Source: Candidatus Aenigmatarchaeota archaeon (GTDB lineage: Archaea > Aenigmatarchaeota > Aenigmatarchaeia > QMZP01). Taken from it: 41,322 nucleotides of DNA. Below, in pieces: positions 8,111-16,003 of the stretch (its first letter is position 1; each line of letters starts with the position of its first letter). Made by a program: the position numbers and the translations under genes. The notes under the pieces are model-generated. The model made no database searches. It was given only the letters and a program-made list of their open reading frames with translations, and was not told the origin of the DNA. The stretch covers positions 1-41,322 of the forward strand of contig JAFCEK010000004.1 of the NCBI GenBank assembly GCA_017609225.1. The letters are read 5' to 3'.

Positions 8111-9233
8111 ACCTCAATGCCTCCACAGGGTCCAGCTTTCCTGCCTTCCATGCAGGATACAATCCCCCGATTATTCCGAGCAGAAACGCAAATCCTATGG
8201 CTGTTGCAGCAAGCAGCGGCGTTACTGCTGCTGTTACAAACCCTCCCGTGAATCCTGTCATTCCAAAGCTTGCAAGCATGCCAAGGAAAAGGCCTATAAA
8301 TCCTCCAATAAGGCTGATTAGCGCTGATTCTGTAAGTATCTGCTGGAGAACCATTCTGTTTGTGGCGCCAACAGCCTTCATTACGCCTATCTCCCTTCTT
8401 CTTTCCATAACAGCCATAATCATGGTGTTCATTACGCCAAGACCGCCAACCACAGCAGCTATTGCACCTATGCCAAATGTCATTATCCTTATCTGGTCAA
8501 CCACCTGTGAAACCTCCCTGCTCATTTCCTTTTCTGTTACAGCGCTAAGCATTTCATCTTCATCCTCTATCTTTTCTGCAATGATTTCCGTTTCTCTTAC
8601 ATCTTCAGGTATCACAAAAACCATCTGGTATGTGTCTGTGTCAAGCAGGTTATGCATGTCTTCTATGGGCATTATAATTCCTGTATCCACATCCCCGACA
8701 TTTGTAAGTTCGTATATTCCTATTATTTCAAAGTCATCGTTTTTTACAGTAAAATAGTCGCCGACCTCCAGGTTATATCTGTCTGCTATGGTTTTGCCAA
8801 TGGTAACAACGCCTGTTTCCCCCTCAACAAAGTCCCTTCCATCATGCATCTCTATATTCTCTCCAACAAAATATCTGCCCTTTGTTATGTCAATCCCTAT
8901 CACAACCCATTCCGGGCCCCTCATGGGAACCATTTTGCCTATGTACATGCTCATTGGAACAACATCTTCCAGCCCTGCTATTGATTTTATGTTCTCAATC
9001 TGCTCATCTGTTATGTCAGAGCCCTGAAACCCTGTCATATAGCCGCCCGAACCCTTTTGTATGACCATTATTTTGCCTGCTATTGGTTCAAGCTCTTCCT
9101 GAACCATTATGTTTATGCCTTCAGCAAACGAGCCCAGTGCAACTATTGCAGCTATGCCTATCACTATCCCCAGAACTGTAAGAAATGTTCTTGTTTTCTG
9201 CCTCTTTATGTTTTTGAATGCCAAGTCAAGCAT
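8103..9233 (-). CDS. ABC transporter permease (FtsX/MacB-type)
   Basis: N-terminal TM segment, large extracytoplasmic domain and a C-terminal FtsX-like 3-TM bundle. It overlaps the ATPase gene by 8 nt. Confidence 0.85.
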   Translation of the reverse strand: MLDLAFKNIKRQKTRTFLTVLGIVIGIAAIVALGSFAEGINIMVQEELEPIAGKIMVIQKGSGGYMTGFQGSDITDEQIENIKSIAGLEDVVPMSMYIGKMVPMRGPEWVVIGIDITKGRYFVGENIEMHDGRDFVEGETGVVTIGKTIADRYNLEVGDYFTVKNDDFEIIGIYELTNVGDVDTGIIMPIEDMHNLLDTDTYQMVFVIPEDVRETEIIAEKIEDEDEMLSAVTEKEMSREVSQVVDQIRIMTFGIGAIAAVVGGLGVMNTMIMAVMERRREIGVMKAVGATNRMVLQQILTESALISLIGGFIGLFLGMLASFGMTGFTGGFVTAAVTPLLAATAIGFAFLLGIIGGLYPAWKAGKLDPVEALRYE

Positions 9234-9276
9234 ATATTAGAATAGAAGCATTAGGTTAAAATGCTTTATCCGGAGC

Positions 9277-10413
9277 TTACATTATCCATTCGGTTCCTTC
9301 AGAGCAGGATTTTATTTTTTTCATTACCATTTCAATATCATTCAGGGTAATGTCCCTGCCTCCAAGCCCTGCTATGAATCCTGATATTTTTGGCCTTTTC
9401 TCCAGGTCATAGAGCGCAGCCTTTACCTCATCATACAAAGCCCCGTTCGCACCGAATGAAATGTCCTTTTCCAGAACACCCAGGGATTTCAGATTCCTGC
9501 ATTTGTCTGCCAGCTCCTGTGCAGGAAAGGGTCTCAGGCTCTTAATCCTGATAAGGCCTGTATTCTCCTTTTCCAGGAGCTCCCTGACTGTGCCTGCAAC
9601 AGAACCAATGGTTATTACTGCATGCTCCTTCCCTTCCAGATTTGATGTTTCTATTATTCCATTGCCATAGCCCCTGCCTGAAATGCCTGCAAACTCCCTG
9701 TTCACTTTTTTTATAGCATCCCTTGCCTCTTCCATTGCATCCTGCTGCTGCTTTTTGAACTTAATATAATATTCAGGTGAGCCCACAGGGCCTATGGTTA
9801 CAGGCTTTGACGGGTTCAGGGTTACCCTGGGCCTGAAGTCAGGAAGGAATTTTTTAACCTCTGCAGAATCCAGAAAATTTACAGGCTCATATGTATGGGA
9901 AATAACAAAGCCGTCAAGGCAGACCATTACAGGCAGCATTATTTCTTCGGCAATCTTAAATGCCTGTATATGGGTGTCATATGCCTCCTGGGCATTTTCC
10001 ACATAAAGCTGAATCCATCCTGAATCCCTCTGGGCAAAGCTGTCCTGCTGGTCGTTCCATATATTCAGGGGAGAGTTAAGTGCCCTGTTTGCCACTCCCA
10101 TTACTATCGGCAGCCTCATGCCTGAGGCTGAGAAAAGCATCTCATGCATAAGGGCGATGCCCTGCGATGCTGTTGCAGTATATGTTCTGACTCCTGTTGC
10201 AGATGCGCCTATGCATGCTGCCATTGCAGACTGCTCTGACTCAACCCTCACATATTCGGCATCAATCTCCCCGTTGGCAGCCATCTCTGCCAGCGCTTCG
10301 CTTATAAGCGTCTGCGGGGTGATGGGATAGGCAGCAATAACCCCCGGCCTGCACTGCTTCACTGCCTCTGCAACTGCCTGCGCACCTGAAAACACCCTTT
10401 TCCCTTCCTTCAT
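9277..10413 (-). CDS. porA: pyruvate:ferredoxin oxidoreductase alpha subunit
   Basis: Strong similarity to PorA/2-oxoacid:ferredoxin oxidoreductase alpha (GAQAVAEA..AYPITPQT...). The start is at ATG 10413, which overlaps the cutA stop (ATGA) and is preceded by GAGGTGA. Confidence 0.9.
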   Translation of the reverse strand: MKEGKRVFSGAQAVAEAVKQCRPGVIAAYPITPQTLISEALAEMAANGEIDAEYVRVESEQSAMAACIGASATGVRTYTATASQGIALMHEMLFSASGMRLPIVMGVANRALNSPLNIWNDQQDSFAQRDSGWIQLYVENAQEAYDTHIQAFKIAEEIMLPVMVCLDGFVISHTYEPVNFLDSAEVKKFLPDFRPRVTLNPSKPVTIGPVGSPEYYIKFKKQQQDAMEEARDAIKKVNREFAGISGRGYGNGIIETSNLEGKEHAVITIGSVAGTVRELLEKENTGLIRIKSLRPFPAQELADKCRNLKSLGVLEKDISFGANGALYDEVKAALYDLEKRPKISGFIAGLGGRDITLNDIEMVMKKIKSCSEGTEWIM

Positions 10414-10842
10414 TTTGTCACCTCGGTTATCCAGTTCAGGAAATCCCTGCTGCCCTTTATTTTCCAGCTTACAATGCATGGGATTTCATAACTGTGCATT
10501 TCCTTTGTCCTTTTTATCAGTATGTTTTCCAGCTCCTGTTTTGTTTTGAGTATTATTCCTGCCTCCCTGCATTTCTCAATCTTTCCCTTCCAGGGAAACA
10601 ATGATTCTATTTCAGGTATGATGTTTGCACATGCTGCCAGCTTTTCCTCAAGCAGCGCACTGGCTATATTCTCTGCTTCTTTTTTTCCTTTTGCTGTTAT
10701 GTAAATAATGTTGCCTCCGTATATCCGCCGACTTAAAGTCGGCGGTTTTCTTGGCGAGGCAACAGCTGTTGAACCAAGCTATACATCCACTGTTTGAAAA
10801 CAATGGTTTTCTCTGGTTCAGCATAATGACATGCCCGCTCAT
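10410..10842 (-). CDS. cutA: divalent-cation tolerance protein CutA, interrupted after codon 6-7 by a 113-nt element
   Basis: The ATG at 10842 overlaps the porD stop and opens MSGHVI. Downstream of the insert, a frame with no ATG/GTG/TTG start before the TTG at 10601 encodes IIYITAKGKKEAENIASALLEEKLAACANIIPEIES.FPWKGKIEK...HSYEIPCIVSWKI..DFLNWI. Removing 118 nt restores a 104-aa CutA. Confidence 0.7.
10710..10822 (-). mobile_element. 113-nt structured insertion element, copy A (in cutA), flanked by ATAAT direct repeats at 10705-10709 and 10823-10827
   Basis: About 90% identical to 18989-19099. It contains two long hairpins: gttgcctc...gaggcaac enclosing ccgccgac-ttaaa-gtcggcgg, and tgaacca...tggttca. 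Confidence 0.8.
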
Positions 10843-11135
10843 TTTTTATCCCCCTTTCTCAGCACTATTGCCTTTACAGGGCATTCCTTTATGCATACAA
10901 GGCAGCCCTTGCAGTAATCATAATCTATTACCGCCCTTCTCTTTCCTTCTTTCTCAACAATCTTTATGCCCCCTTCAGGGCAAACCCAGACGCACATACC
11001 GCAGCCTGCACATTTTTCAGTAATCTCCGGTGTTGAGCTTCTCCATGAACCTGTTTTGTTCTTCCTTGCAGAGCCTGTTTCTGTTATAATGCCTGCTGTG
11101 CTTGCTTCTCTTTCCTTATTCTCCTTCCGTGGCAT
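10839..11135 (-). CDS. porD: pyruvate:ferredoxin oxidoreductase delta subunit (2x[4Fe-4S])
   Basis: Two ferredoxin cysteine clusters, CAGCGMCVWVCP and CKGCLVCIKECP. ATG 11135 is preceded by GGAGG. It overlaps the porG 3' end. Confidence 0.85.
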   Translation of the reverse strand: MPRKENKEREASTAGIITETGSARKNKTGSWRSSTPEITEKCAGCGMCVWVCPEGGIKIVEKEGKRRAVIDYDYCKGCLVCIKECPVKAIVLRKGDKK

Positions 11136-11652
11136 TGTATGCCTCCTCAACAAGTTTTTTGTTCATCTCTCCAATCTTTCCCGGAAATTTTTCCTCAACA
11201 ACGCTCAGAACAGACTGCAGGGAAACAATTCTTGTGATTTTCGCAAACACCCCGAGCATTGCTGTGTTCACAATGTTTTTGCCAATCATATCAAGGGCAA
11301 GTTTTGTTGCATCAAAACAGCAGATCCTCTGGTTGGGATTTCCTGTGCTTATCTGCTCTCCTGAATTGACGATTATGGTTGAGTCCTCTTTAAGGCCTTC
11401 CGAAACCTCGGGCAGGCCCAGCAGTCCGGAGTCAAGCACAATCACATAATCCGGATTGTATATCTGGCTTCTCAGGGTTATGGGATTTCCTGATATCCTG
11501 CAAAATGCCCTGACAGGCGCACCTCTCCTTTCAGGACCAAATGAAGGGAATGCCTGGGAATACTTGCCGTCATATCCTGCTGCCTTTGCCAGCAGCTCAA
11601 CAAGGGTGACTGCTCCCATTCCCCCTCTTCCATGAACCCTTATCTCAATCAT
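11116..11652 (-). CDS. porG: pyruvate:ferredoxin oxidoreductase gamma subunit
   Basis: MIEIRVHGRGGMGAVT...FPSFGPERRGAPV is typical PorG. The start is taken at ATG 11652. Confidence 0.9.
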   Translation of the reverse strand: MIEIRVHGRGGMGAVTLVELLAKAAGYDGKYSQAFPSFGPERRGAPVRAFCRISGNPITLRSQIYNPDYVIVLDSGLLGLPEVSEGLKEDSTIIVNSGEQISTGNPNQRICCFDATKLALDMIGKNIVNTAMLGVFAKITRIVSLQSVLSVVEEKFPGKIGEMNKKLVEEAYNATEGE

Positions 11653-11676
11653 AGATACCAATTCATTAAAGAAAGA

Positions 11677-11684
11677 TTTATAAA
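11677..11684 (-). promoter_or_regulatory. candidate TATA box for the por operon
   Basis: TTTATAAA lies 25-32 nt upstream of the porG ATG, implying a leaderless or short-leader transcript. Confidence 0.35.
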
Positions 11685-11713
11685 TAATACATCAAAGTTA
11701 GTTGAAAGACGAA

Positions 11714-12532
11714 TTAGCTAAACCTGTATCCCATTCCCTCCAGGATTTTTTTCATTTTCAGTGAGTCCTTCCATGTTACCGGACTCTCTGATATTATCGT
11801 GATATTAAGCCTTCTTTTCAGTATCTCCTTTGCAAATGCCCTGAAATCAGGGCTGTGGTCAAGAACAAGGTGCATCCTTTCTCCCTTGGCTGTATATTCT
11901 ATATTTGAAAAATGGCAGTGTAGATGCTTCAGCTTCAGTGGCTTCAGCCTGTCCAGAACCTCAGCAAAATCAATCTTTCCGTAATTTCTTGCATAGATAT
12001 GCGCAGGGTCAATGCACAGGGAGCATCCTGTTTCCTTTGCAAGCCTTATGGTTTCTTCAAGGCTTCCAAGGGCTGAATGCTTTCCTGTGGTTTCCGGGGA
12101 AAGCAGAACATTCCATTTTTTCTTTTCTATTGTTCTCAGCATATCAAGAATATGCTCCTTTGTTGTCTGATACACATCCTCTTTGTCATTTTTCCCGAAA
12201 TATGCAGGATGGAAAACAACATGCCTGGCACCCATGTAATGCCCTCTCTCGCAGGAATCCAGGATTCTTTTCTTGCTTTCCTCCTGCTTTCTTTTCTCAT
12301 CAGAGGCAAGGTTTATGTAATAGGGGGCATGCACCGAGAGCTCAATGCCTGTTCTTTCCCTTTCCTTTCCTATTTCTCTTGCCAGCCCATTACCCATCTT
12401 CACTCCCCTGACAAATTCAACTTCCATTGCCTGAAGTCCAAGTTCCCTGACCTTTGAAACGCCTTCAAGCGTAGAGTTCGCAGGGGAACCTGCAGGTCCC
12501 AGCTTTATGTCTGCTTTCATGTTATTTTCCAT
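11714..12532 (-). CDS. nfo: endonuclease IV-like AP endonuclease family 2 TIM-barrel protein
   Basis: SVHAPYYINLAS, VVFHPA, PETTG, CIDPAHIY and HLHCHFSN align with the Nfo metal-ligand motifs. Confidence 0.65.
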   Translation of the reverse strand: MENNMKADIKLGPAGSPANSTLEGVSKVRELGLQAMEVEFVRGVKMGNGLAREIGKERERTGIELSVHAPYYINLASDEKRKQEESKKRILDSCERGHYMGARHVVFHPAYFGKNDKEDVYQTTKEHILDMLRTIEKKKWNVLLSPETTGKHSALGSLEETIRLAKETGCSLCIDPAHIYARNYGKIDFAEVLDRLKPLKLKHLHCHFSNIEYTAKGERMHLVLDHSPDFRAFAKEILKRRLNITIISESPVTWKDSLKMKKILEGMGYRFS

Positions 12533-13323
12533 AGTTTCTTTACAAGGCGCAAAGATTCTTTCAGCACATCATTGCCTGTAAAAACCTCCAGGGTTATAGT
12601 GCCATTATAGCCTATTCTTTTGAGTTCCCTTACAACATCTTCATAGTCAATATTTCCCATGCCTAGGGCAAGATGCTCATCTTCCTCTCCATGATTGTCA
12701 TGAATATGTATATGCACGAGCTTTTTCCTGAATCTCCTTATGTATTTTGATATCTCATGCATGCCTCCCACTATAAACGCATGCCCAACATCAAGATGCA
12801 CATAAAGGTTTTTTGTATGCTCTATTATGTACCTGAAGTCATCAAACTCTCTTATCTCTCCCTTACCTGCTGTGTTTTCCAGCATTATCTTTACCCCAAA
12901 CCTTTTGCCGAGCTCCACAAGCTCCTTCATTGATTCAGAAAAATTTTTCAGCAGCTGTTTTTTTGATTTTTTGTTGCGCAGGAACATACCCATTGAATGG
13001 GCATGGAAATTTACAAGTTCTATGCCAAGCTCTGCAGAGGCCCATATTGCCTTCTTTGCCTCATTAAGCCATGCATCCCTTACCCCCTCATGCAGCGCGC
13101 CAAGCTCCATAAACCAGCTTGTATGCGCTATTGCATTCATTCCCTGCTTCTTCAGCAGATTCAGTATTTCCTTTTTCCTTTCAAGAACAATTTCAGGGAA
13201 TCCAAGAGGCCCCTCCATTCCAATTTCCACAAAATCAAACCCAAGTTTTTTTGCAAGCTTTATCTCCTTTAGTATGTCCCTGGTCGGGTTTGTAAGGTAT
13301 CCAAATTCTGGCATATATAACAT
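12517..13323 (-). CDS. xylose isomerase-like TIM-barrel protein (sugar phosphate isomerase/epimerase family)
   Basis: NFHAHS, MLENTAG, HLDVGHAF and HIHIHDN..EDEHLALG motifs. The start is taken at ATG 13323 (alternative 13314). It overlaps the nfo-like gene by 16 nt. Confidence 0.7.
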   Translation of the reverse strand: MLYMPEFGYLTNPTRDILKEIKLAKKLGFDFVEIGMEGPLGFPEIVLERKKEILNLLKKQGMNAIAHTSWFMELGALHEGVRDAWLNEAKKAIWASAELGIELVNFHAHSMGMFLRNKKSKKQLLKNFSESMKELVELGKRFGVKIMLENTAGKGEIREFDDFRYIIEHTKNLYVHLDVGHAFIVGGMHEISKYIRRFRKKLVHIHIHDNHGEEDEHLALGMGNIDYEDVVRELKRIGYNGTITLEVFTGNDVLKESLRLVKKLWKIT

Positions 13324-13363
13324 TTTTTTCTCTCTGCTATAAAAAAGGCTTGCAGTTTCCGTA

Positions 13364-13519
13364 TTAAACAAACCTTAAAAGAAGAAGCGCTCCTATTATC
13401 AAAACGCATACAGCAACAACATATTCCGGCTTTATCTTTATTGCTTCCTGGGACTCATCAAAATACCTGATAAGCCCTGCCGTGCTCTGTGGCATCTGAA
13501 TTCTGTCTTTTTTTGCCAT
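13364..13519 (-). CDS. secG: preprotein translocase subunit Sec61-beta (archaeal SecG)
   Basis: The 51-aa ORF MAKKDRIQMPQSTAGLIRYFDESQEAIKIKPEYVVAVCVLIIGALLLLRFV has the conserved SxAGLxRYFDE box and a C-terminal TM segment. The track's N-terminal extension overlaps the ncRNA and is rejected. Confidence 0.75.
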   Translation of the reverse strand: MAKKDRIQMPQSTAGLIRYFDESQEAIKIKPEYVVAVCVLIIGALLLLRFV

Positions 13520-13554
13520 AATAATCTTTTGGTTTTTGTCAAATTTAAGTGACT

Positions 13555-13919
13555 GGTGTGCTGTGCATAGCCCCCTTTTTGTCATCTCCTGGGATTTTAA
13601 TCCCAATGGAGGTGATAGCATTTGTCTCTGCACCTTTGCCCGGAACTGAATCCGGGTGTAGCTTGCACCCCGCAACACCAAGCATTTTCATCTGCCGTCT
13701 TTTTCTCAGCTCGCTGGTTTTACTCTGTTGCCAGAGGGTTCCCAGCTCAATGCTCCGAAGCCGGAGTTTTTTTCTGTTCTTGATGTAAGCTTCTCAGCTT
13801 CCGCCTTCCGGCGGTGCGTTGCCCATAAAGCAATGGACAGGTGAGGGGAGCTTCCTCTCCAGCCAGGAACCTGCCCGCAAGGAGCCGGACCGGAGGAGAA
13901 ACTATCTGCACAGCTCACC
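13555..13919 (-). ncRNA. rnpB: structured ncRNA of about 365 nt, probably RNase P RNA (alternative: SRP RNA)
   Basis: The 5' GGUGAGCUGUGC pairs with the 3' GCACAGCACACC. There is a CR-I-like GAGGAAGCUCC, a GGAA-capped hairpin CGCC-GGAA-GGCG and GCAACAGAGUAAAACC. AGAUGAAAA and a 3'-proximal GCAGAGACAAAUGCUAUCACC resemble the conserved RNase P motifs AGAUGAAU and ACAGAA..GGCUUAUC. Confidence 0.5.
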
Positions 13920-14032
13920 AATAAAAAAATTGTAAAGGGGGTTTATAAAGGTTATACGCATTGGCTGTCTTAAGTTAACAGTATGAATAGCAGCATGTCT
14001 AAACAAACTAAATTTTAGAAATAGAAAGATAA

Positions 14033-14046
14033 AGGCAGGTTATCCT
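14033..14046 (-). other. 3' strand of putative pre-23S processing helix
   Basis: aggcaggttatcct is complementary (13/14) to aggataacccgcct at 20508-20521. The two strands bracket the whole 23S gene. Confidence 0.4.
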
Positions 14047-14214
14047 ATTGGTCGCCTGTCTTTTTTTAGCTTTCGTAAAGAGAGGCTTTAACAAGGACAT
14101 GTCAGGGATTAGTAACCGTGGGTTGAATATCTCGCCGAAGCTTGATACTTACGCCCCGGTCCTATCAGCCCGTCGTCTACGGGACCTTCCTCTTCGCACC
14201 GCTAATGGCAGCAG

Positions 14215-14242
14215 AACTGCCTGTTAAATCAGCATTAGCAGT
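14215..14242 (-). repeat. mini-insertion family B copy (degenerate)
   Basis: aactgcctgttaaatcagcattagcagt is similar to the copies at 14556 and 16808. Confidence 0.5.
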
Positions 14243-14555
14243 ATCTGCAGTTGCCTAGCAGTTTGAAGAATGATTGCCTAGTTTTAGGGACGGCTTCAAG
14301 CTTAGTTAGGCCCGGAAGAAATATATATACCTATTCGTTCTGTATTCTTACCTTCTTCTGGTATGCCTTCAGCTTATGGACAGCAGACAACCCGTTAAAC
14401 CAGAGTTATGGCTGTCATGCTATTATCCGTTATGGCGTAGCTACCCGGCGATGCCTATGACAGCAAGACAGCTTATATATAACCAGGGTTGCTGTCAGGC
14501 TGTTTTCACAACCGGTACACCAGAGGCCACGATTCCTCGTTCCTTTTATACCGAG

Positions 14556-14585
14556 GACTGCCTTGTTAAACCAATATTAGCAGTC
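14556..14585 (-). repeat. mini-insertion family B copy
   Basis: gactgccttgttaaaccaatattagcagtc, with terminal stem GACTGC/GCAGTC. Confidence 0.6.
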
Positions 14586-14856
14586 ATACTCGTTCGTACT
14601 GAAGGAACCTTCCCCTCAGGCATTGTAGGCAGACTTAGGTCAGTATTCAATCGCATTTGACCTAAGTCAAGCTATCTACACCCCCAGCAGATAAAGACCA
14701 TACTGGCTTGTGCCGCGGCTTGGACATTTTTAGAGCTAATTCTAGTCGAATAGCTCTTAAAGACTGCAACATTTGGTGTTGTGTCCAAACCACGTTCGCA
14801 CCGTATTTAACCCAGTTAACGTGGCTCTTTGATGAGTGAACACCTCCACCCTTTCG

Positions 14857-15615
14857 TCAGTTTAAGCGACGAATAAAATTTAAAACATCAATTTGATTCT
14901 TGAATGATTTCCAAATATCCGGTTTCACTTGATATGTTTTTAGTAAAACATCCAAAACCTTGTTTTTTTCATAACCTTTCCAATAAAGACTCTTATCAGA
15001 AACTTTCAAATTGTTTACAAATCTTATTTCCTTGGCAAATTTGTATAAATCATTTTTTGTGTCTATTGCTATTGATGAATCCCATTCTTTTGTATTTATA
15101 TCAAGTTTTTGCTTGAGTAAATTTCTGTAAAATTTTCTCAAACCAGGATGAGAGCATTTTAGTATTACCCTTCTTGTTAATTCCCATTTGTTGAATCTTT
15201 TATGCCATTTTACGCCCAATACAACACCTCCATCAGCTGAAAACATCAATTTAAAGACTTCTTTCAGTTCATTTCTTGTTAATTCTTTAAAGATGTCAAG
15301 CTTTATTTTGGGGTATGTAATTGGATATGTTTGAAGTGATTTTGTTTTCAGTGTATTGCAGAGGTTTACTAAAATTTCTCCGGTTTCTTTAGAGGAATAT
15401 TGTGTAATCTTAACTCCTTTATTATCTATTCTTTCATAGAAATTCTTTAAACCGAATAGTCTTTTCATGAGATTTCTGAAGATTTTATGTAATTCCTCGG
15501 ATTTCCCTGCATATATTATTCTGTAAGTTCTACTTCCAAACCTGACGCTTCCGTCTGTCAATAAAAGTCCTATAAGATTTGCTAAATCCTGTTTATTGAA
15601 ATTTTTTAATTTCAT
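14857..15615 (-). CDS. LAGLIDADG homing endonuclease (double-motif)
   Basis: Motifs LIGLLLTDGSV and FKLMFSADGGV. The ORF lies inside the 23S gene. Confidence 0.9.
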   Translation of the reverse strand: MKLKNFNKQDLANLIGLLLTDGSVRFGSRTYRIIYAGKSEELHKIFRNLMKRLFGLKNFYERIDNKGVKITQYSSKETGEILVNLCNTLKTKSLQTYPITYPKIKLDIFKELTRNELKEVFKLMFSADGGVVLGVKWHKRFNKWELTRRVILKCSHPGLRKFYRNLLKQKLDINTKEWDSSIAIDTKNDLYKFAKEIRFVNNLKVSDKSLYWKGYEKNKVLDVLLKTYQVKPDIWKSFKNQIDVLNFIRRLN

Positions 15616-15728
15616 GTTTTATTTTTAGGGAAGCGGGCTTATCTGATTTTTAGGCGCAAGCCGACCTGCATTAGCAGGTAAAATCAGAATATGCCCGCTG
15701 ATTTTTCCTTACTTGTCGCTTAAACTTT
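14857..15728 (-). other. 23S rRNA intron 1 (about 870 nt) carrying a LAGLIDADG ORF, in domain V
   Basis: A 12-bp terminal helix (agtttaagcgac at 14859-14870 with gtcgcttaaact at 15715-15726) brings the ends together. Flanking exon sequence resumes as ..GGCUCUUCCUGGACGUGCAGCAGCGUCCAAAG and GACGAAAGGGUGGAGGUGUUCACUC. Confidence 0.6.
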
Positions 15729-15786
15729 GGACGCTGCTGCACGTCCAGGAAGAGCCGAACCGACGGCGGAGAAGCATTGTACTGAA

Positions 15787-15816
15787 GACGGCTTCTTTCA
15801 ATCTGCACAAGCCGTC
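15787..15816 (-). repeat. mini-insertion family A copy
   Basis: gacggcttctttcaatctgcacaagccgtc, with terminal stem GACGGC/GCCGTC. Confidence 0.6.
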
Positions 15817-15973
15817 ATACATATGTACGAGGTCGATTTATCCTGCCTCTCTACTAATTCATCCGAACATATAGTTCGCCATTAGCCAATACCTACTTCT
15901 ACCGACGAGAAGTGTGGCGTATGGACTCTCGCCCGCCACGACTCCATTATCCCCAGGATAGCTTTTTCAGACC

Positions 15974-16003
15974 AACGGCTTTTTTCAATCTATCCAAGCC
16001 GTC
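15974..16003 (-). repeat. mini-insertion family A copy
   Basis: aacggcttttttcaatctatccaagccgtc. The loop is homologous to the copy at 15787. Confidence 0.6.

Noticed and set aside
7080-8757. Two long plus-strand ORFs (328 aa and 266 aa)
   Set aside because: They are antisense to the ABC ATPase/permease and CARDB-repeat genes, which have unambiguous motifs. Their composition is Ser/Pro/Ile-rich shadow-frame.
10700-10830. Canonical bulge-helix-bulge motif at the element/cutA junctions
   Set aside because: I tried to pair the exon flanks by eye. An AUGU/ACAU helix is possible, but I could not obtain two 3-nt bulges separated by 4 bp. The splicing claim is therefore left as a hypothesis to test, not asserted.
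10648-10842. 64-aa ORF MSGHVIMLNQRKPLFSNSGCIAWFNSCCLAKKTA..., and the similar 71-aa ORF at 18854..19069
   Set aside because: They share WFNSCCLAKKTA only because both read through the two copies of the 111-113-nt element. The second lies inside the 23S rRNA gene. Only the first 6-7 codons of the first are genuine (the cutA start).
13555-13919. SRP (7S) RNA as the identity of the ncRNA
   Set aside because: It is not fully excluded. The GGAA hairpin lacks the flanking AGCA/GG symmetric-loop signature of SRP helix 8 and lies too far 5', while several RNase P-like strings are present. It is kept as the alternative hypothesis.
13549-13921. ORFs 13549..13788 (+) and 13706..13921 (-), plus the N-terminal 54 codons of track ORF 13364..13681
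   Set aside because: They overlap the structured ncRNA. The Sec61-beta homology begins only at the ATG at 13519.
13920-14087. 5S rRNA downstream of 23S
   Set aside because: This AT-rich stretch has no sequence with 5S-like helices or conserved loops. The 5S gene is probably unlinked.
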